From Alphaproteobacteria bacterium (lineage in GTDB: Bacteria > Pseudomonadota > Alphaproteobacteria > RF32 > CAG-239): a stretch of DNA of 51,819 nucleotides. The notes under the pieces were generated by a model. The model did no database searches. It saw only the letters and a list, made by a program, of their open reading frames with translations, and was not told where the DNA came from. Positions 48,668-51,819 of the stretch are shown here, in pieces (position 1 is the stretch's first letter; each line of letters opens with the position of its first letter). The position numbers were made by a program, and so were the translations under genes. Where the stretch lies: assembly GCA_017464685.1 (NCBI GenBank), contig JAFTYO010000008.1, positions 1-51,819 of the forward strand, in the 5' to 3' direction.

Positions 48668-49390
48668 TTATTTATACACTCTGGCAATGGTTAAAAAATC
48701 GACCGATTTTGCGCCGGCTTTTAACAAAACTTTTGCACATTCGTTCAAAGTTGAGCCGGTTGTTTGTACATCATCAATCAGTACGATGCGTTTATCTTTT
48801 ATATTTTGAGGACATCTTACTTCAAAAGCACCTTTAATGTTTTTTACTCTGGCGTTACCTGAAAAGCTAACTTGCGGTTTGGTTGATTTGTGTTTTACCA
48901 AAGACTTAAAATCGGTTGGGATATTTACCAAAAACTTAAGTTCATTAGCCAATAGTGCTGATTGATTATATCTTCTTTTTATCAATCTCTTATAATGCAA
49001 AGGTACAGGTATCAATACATCAACACCGGAGCTGAATATATCCGCACCGGCCATTTTAAGCCACTTGGCAAAAACTTTGGCATTTTCGGTTTTATCCATA
49101 AATTTAAATGCCAAAATCATATTTTTTGATACATCTTCATATTTTATGGCGGCTCGTGCATATCGAAACAATTTTTTCTTATTCTTAATACAATTCGGGC
49201 AGAGCATATGCCTATTTGCACCGACGACATCAATAAAAGGCGCACCGCAACATTTACAATAGGGCTCGGAAATAAATGTAATTTGGTTAAAACAATCGGC
49301 GCAAAGGCCGTTTTCATCAGTAATGATTTTTCCGCAATTTATACAACGAGGCGGTAATAAAAAATTTAAAATATCCTTAAAGATACTCAT
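48668..49390 (-). CDS. comF: ComF-family amidophosphoribosyltransferase-like protein
   Basis: Double zinc ribbon, PVPLH..R...R.YNQS, IDDVQTTGST. Confidence 0.92.
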   Translation of the reverse strand: MSIFKDILNFLLPPRCINCGKIITDENGLCADCFNQITFISEPYCKCCGAPFIDVVGANRHMLCPNCIKNKKKLFRYARAAIKYEDVSKNMILAFKFMDKTENAKVFAKWLKMAGADIFSSGVDVLIPVPLHYKRLIKRRYNQSALLANELKFLVNIPTDFKSLVKHKSTKPQVSFSGNARVKNIKGAFEVRCPQNIKDKRIVLIDDVQTTGSTLNECAKVLLKAGAKSVDFLTIARVYK

Positions 49391-50259
49391 TTTAAGTTTT
49401 CCAACAGTTGATGTATTCGGTTAATACTGTCAGCCACCATAATTCCGGCTTTTTGCAATGTTTCTTTTTTGCTTTCGGTGGTAATTTTTCCTCTGGTAAT
49501 AATGTCGCCAGCATATCCCATTTTATCTTGTGTTGAAATGGTTGAACCGGCAATGTAACCTATTATAGGTTTTTTATATTTTAAACCGGCATAATATTCG
49601 GCGCCGGTTTCTTCATACATTCCGCCTTGTCGCCCAATCATCAAAATGGCTTTGGTGTTGTTATCTTCGTGAAATTTTTTAATTATCTCAACAAAATCCG
49701 TTCCCACAATCATATCATCACCAAGTCCGATAACCGTCGATTGTCCCATACCGGCTCTTGTTGTTTCAATTACGGCCTCATAGGTCAAAGTAGATGAGCG
49801 AGACACAACACCGATGTTTCCTTTTTTATGAATATTTTCCGGAAAAATGCCCAAACATGCTTCATCAGGGGTGATAATTCCGGGGGTATTAGGTCCGATT
49901 AACAATGTCTTAGACCCTTTTAGCATAGCCTTAATTTCCATCATATCCTTAATCGGCACTCCTGATGCAATGACAACAACGGTTTCAAGCTCAGCCTCAA
50001 CAGCCTCTTTAATGGCATCTTTAACAAAGCGAGCCGGAACAAACATCACCGAAGCGGTTGCTTTTGTTGCTTTTACGGCTTCAATGGTTGAGTTATAGAC
50101 ATCAACACCAAGGTGTTTTGTGCCGCCTCGGTTGGGCGAAACACCAGCCACAATTTTTGTGCCGTAAGCAACCATTTTTTGCGTATGAAATGAAGCTTGC
50201 GTACCTGTTATGCCTTGCACCAAAACTTTTGTATTTTTATTTAAGAAAACAGACATCAA
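49387..50259 (-). CDS. sucD: Succinyl-CoA synthetase alpha-like (catalytic His absent)
   Basis: VLVQGITG, GPNTPGII, SRSSTLTYE, MGYAG. Confidence 0.9.
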   Translation of the reverse strand: MMSVFLNKNTKVLVQGITGTQASFHTQKMVAYGTKIVAGVSPNRGGTKHLGVDVYNSTIEAVKATKATASVMFVPARFVKDAIKEAVEAELETVVVIASGVPIKDMMEIKAMLKGSKTLLIGPNTPGIITPDEACLGIFPENIHKKGNIGVVSRSSTLTYEAVIETTRAGMGQSTVIGLGDDMIVGTDFVEIIKKFHEDNNTKAILMIGRQGGMYEETGAEYYAGLKYKKPIIGYIAGSTISTQDKMGYAGDIITRGKITTESKKETLQKAGIMVADSINRIHQLLENLK

Positions 50260-51458
50260 TCACTCTCTTTCATGGCTTTTAACAGTTTGGCAACACCGTC
50301 TTGCATTGTATCAGCCATTAAAACCGGCAAGTTTGAACTAAGCAAAATTTCTTGCGCTTCGTCTTTGTTTGTTCCCTCAAAACGAACAACCAACGGAACA
50401 TTTAACCCCACTTCTGATGCGGCGGCAATGATACCGTCAGCTACCAAATTACATCGCAAAAAACCACCCAAAATATTAATTAATATACCTTCAACTCTGG
50501 GATTTGTCATAATTATCTTAATGCCGGCAGATATTTTATCTTTATCAACACCGCCTTTAACATTTAAGAAACAATCCATTTTTTCATCGGTCTCAAACAA
50601 CATATCCTTAATTGACAGAGCCACCCCTTCACCATTTACAATGCAACCGACACTGCCATCGTTAAATTCCCGGTACTGAAAGCCATATTTCGCGGCCTTT
50701 AAAACTCGATCTTCATCTTCATAATCATCATGAAGTCTTAATATGTCGTTATGTCGATAAAGGGCATTATCATCAAACGAAATTTTTGCATCAAGAGCAA
50801 TAAAATTGCCTTTTGCATCTATCCCGACCGGATTAATTTCTATCATGGTCGAATCAAGTTGAATAAATGCTTTATGTATACCGCAAACAAATTGTTTTAA
50901 GTTTTTGGCATATTTTTTATCAATTTTCAAAAAATTAATTATGCGATTAATCTGATTATTATTGATTTGTTCATTTATATCCAAATTAATACGCAAAATT
51001 TTTTCAGGTTTGTTTATCACCGCATCAACAATGTTGGTCGTTTCTTCCGTAACCAAAAGTGTGATACATGGTATCATTCTGTCAATTACCAAGCTAATAT
51101 AAAAAGTTTGTTTTACCGTTAAATGTTGTTCAACATAAACTTTACTTACCGATTTTCCCTTAGAGCCGGTTTGTTCGGTTACAAGGGTTGAACCGAGCAT
51201 TTTTTCGGCTTCTTCAAAAATATCTTTACGACCGGTAATATACCTGATACCGCCAAGTTTTCCGGCATTTTTTTCAACAAATTTTCCGTTGGCTCTGGCG
51301 CCCGATTGAATTTGTGCTTTTAACATCCACGGACCTTTTGGCGAAATGTTAACCGCCACTCGTTTGGCTTCGGCCGGAGTATAAGCAATTGCACCAACGG
51401 GTATGTTTATACCATAGCGGTTTAAAATTTTTTTTGCCTGATACTCATGTATATTCAT
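50256..51458 (-). CDS. sucC: Succinyl-CoA synthetase beta-like (divergent)
   Basis: MNIHEYQAK, EINP, LDAK..FDDNALYRH, VPLVVRFEGTN. Confidence 0.9.
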   Translation of the reverse strand: MNIHEYQAKKILNRYGINIPVGAIAYTPAEAKRVAVNISPKGPWMLKAQIQSGARANGKFVEKNAGKLGGIRYITGRKDIFEEAEKMLGSTLVTEQTGSKGKSVSKVYVEQHLTVKQTFYISLVIDRMIPCITLLVTEETTNIVDAVINKPEKILRINLDINEQINNNQINRIINFLKIDKKYAKNLKQFVCGIHKAFIQLDSTMIEINPVGIDAKGNFIALDAKISFDDNALYRHNDILRLHDDYEDEDRVLKAAKYGFQYREFNDGSVGCIVNGEGVALSIKDMLFETDEKMDCFLNVKGGVDKDKISAGIKIIMTNPRVEGILINILGGFLRCNLVADGIIAAASEVGLNVPLVVRFEGTNKDEAQEILLSSNLPVLMADTMQDGVAKLLKAMKESD

Positions 51459-51477
51459 ATTTAGTCACTTTATTTTT

Positions 51478-51819
51478 TTAAGCCTTATCTGCATAGTGGC
51501 GGATTTTATCAACCATAGACATCATACCATTTCTGCGACTTAAGCTCAAATGTTCACCTAAACCCAGTTTAGCAAAAAAATTTTCGACTTCAATTTCTTT
51601 TATTTCTTTTGCAGATTTATTTGCATAAATTGCCATTAACACGGCAATTATACCTTTGACCATAATGGCATCACTATCGGCTAAAAAGCTAAATTTTTCA
51701 CCATTAAATATCGGCACAAGCCAAACTTGCGATTGGCAACCGCTGACCTTAAACTAATCGGTTTTATACTTTTCATCTAAAGGCGGCAACTTTTCGCCAA
51801 GCTCAATAAGATATTGATA
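51478..51819 (-). pseudogene. sufE: SufE Fe-S sulfur acceptor with in-frame TAG at 51754-51756 (5' end outside the window)
   Basis: YQYLIELGEKLPPL...KTD*FKVSGCQSQVWL...ADSDAIMVKG...LSLSRRNG. Confidence 0.85.

Noticed and set aside
689-50679. Numerous alternative-frame and antisense ORFs (e.g. 689..1084, 4602..5297, 10549..11007, 20416..20961, 37882..38346, 39276..39677)
   Set aside because: They overlap well-supported genes and show no motifs or RBS; treated as shadow ORFs
20207-51756. Stop-codon reassignment suggested by the in-frame TAA and TAG
   Set aside because: TAA ends most genes, and TAG ends rpmE, clpB and the TPR gene at expected positions
1-51819. CRISPR array, IS transposase, prophage, reverse transcriptase/DGR
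   Set aside because: No regularly spaced repeats, no such protein motifs, and no adenine-specific TR/VR pair noticed; the 33-bp repeats at 48341 are coding

Overview
An AT-rich chromosomal segment from an alphaproteobacterium. The taxon is inferred from anmK-tyrS, thiE-like-efp-suhB-rpmE and mlaA-mlaC synteny, and the GRSMVEMLGVLAIIGVL pilins suggest an uncultured gut RF32-like lineage. Housekeeping blocks (mlaEFD, tadA, rluB, rsmD, pal, uvrD, moxR, rplJL, tRNA-Val, Gld-type ABC, tyrS, efp, zapA, clpB, comF, sucCD, sufE) are interspersed with single accessory genes. The strongest novel signal is a shared promoter, TTGC-A(n)-CGGTT-TATGAT, found three times upstream of two unrelated pilin-type surface families: one type IV pilin-like gene and two DUF4402/Csu-like genes. 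Its poly-A tract sets the -35/-10 spacing at 12, 15 and 15 bp, versus 16-17 bp at ordinary promoters in the window, which suggests a dispersed, phase-variable surface repertoire. Around these promoters are mosaic flanks, headless gene remnants, a REP-like palindrome family, and a 56-bp perfect inverted repeat between two convergent pilins. A Cys-rich surface gene carries a G9 tract. A second theme is full-length enzymes lacking catalytic residues, notably SucD (His246 to Tyr, Glu208 to Arg) and SuhB. Four genes carry single lesions that may be decay or assembly error. All calls were made by eye, with no database searches.
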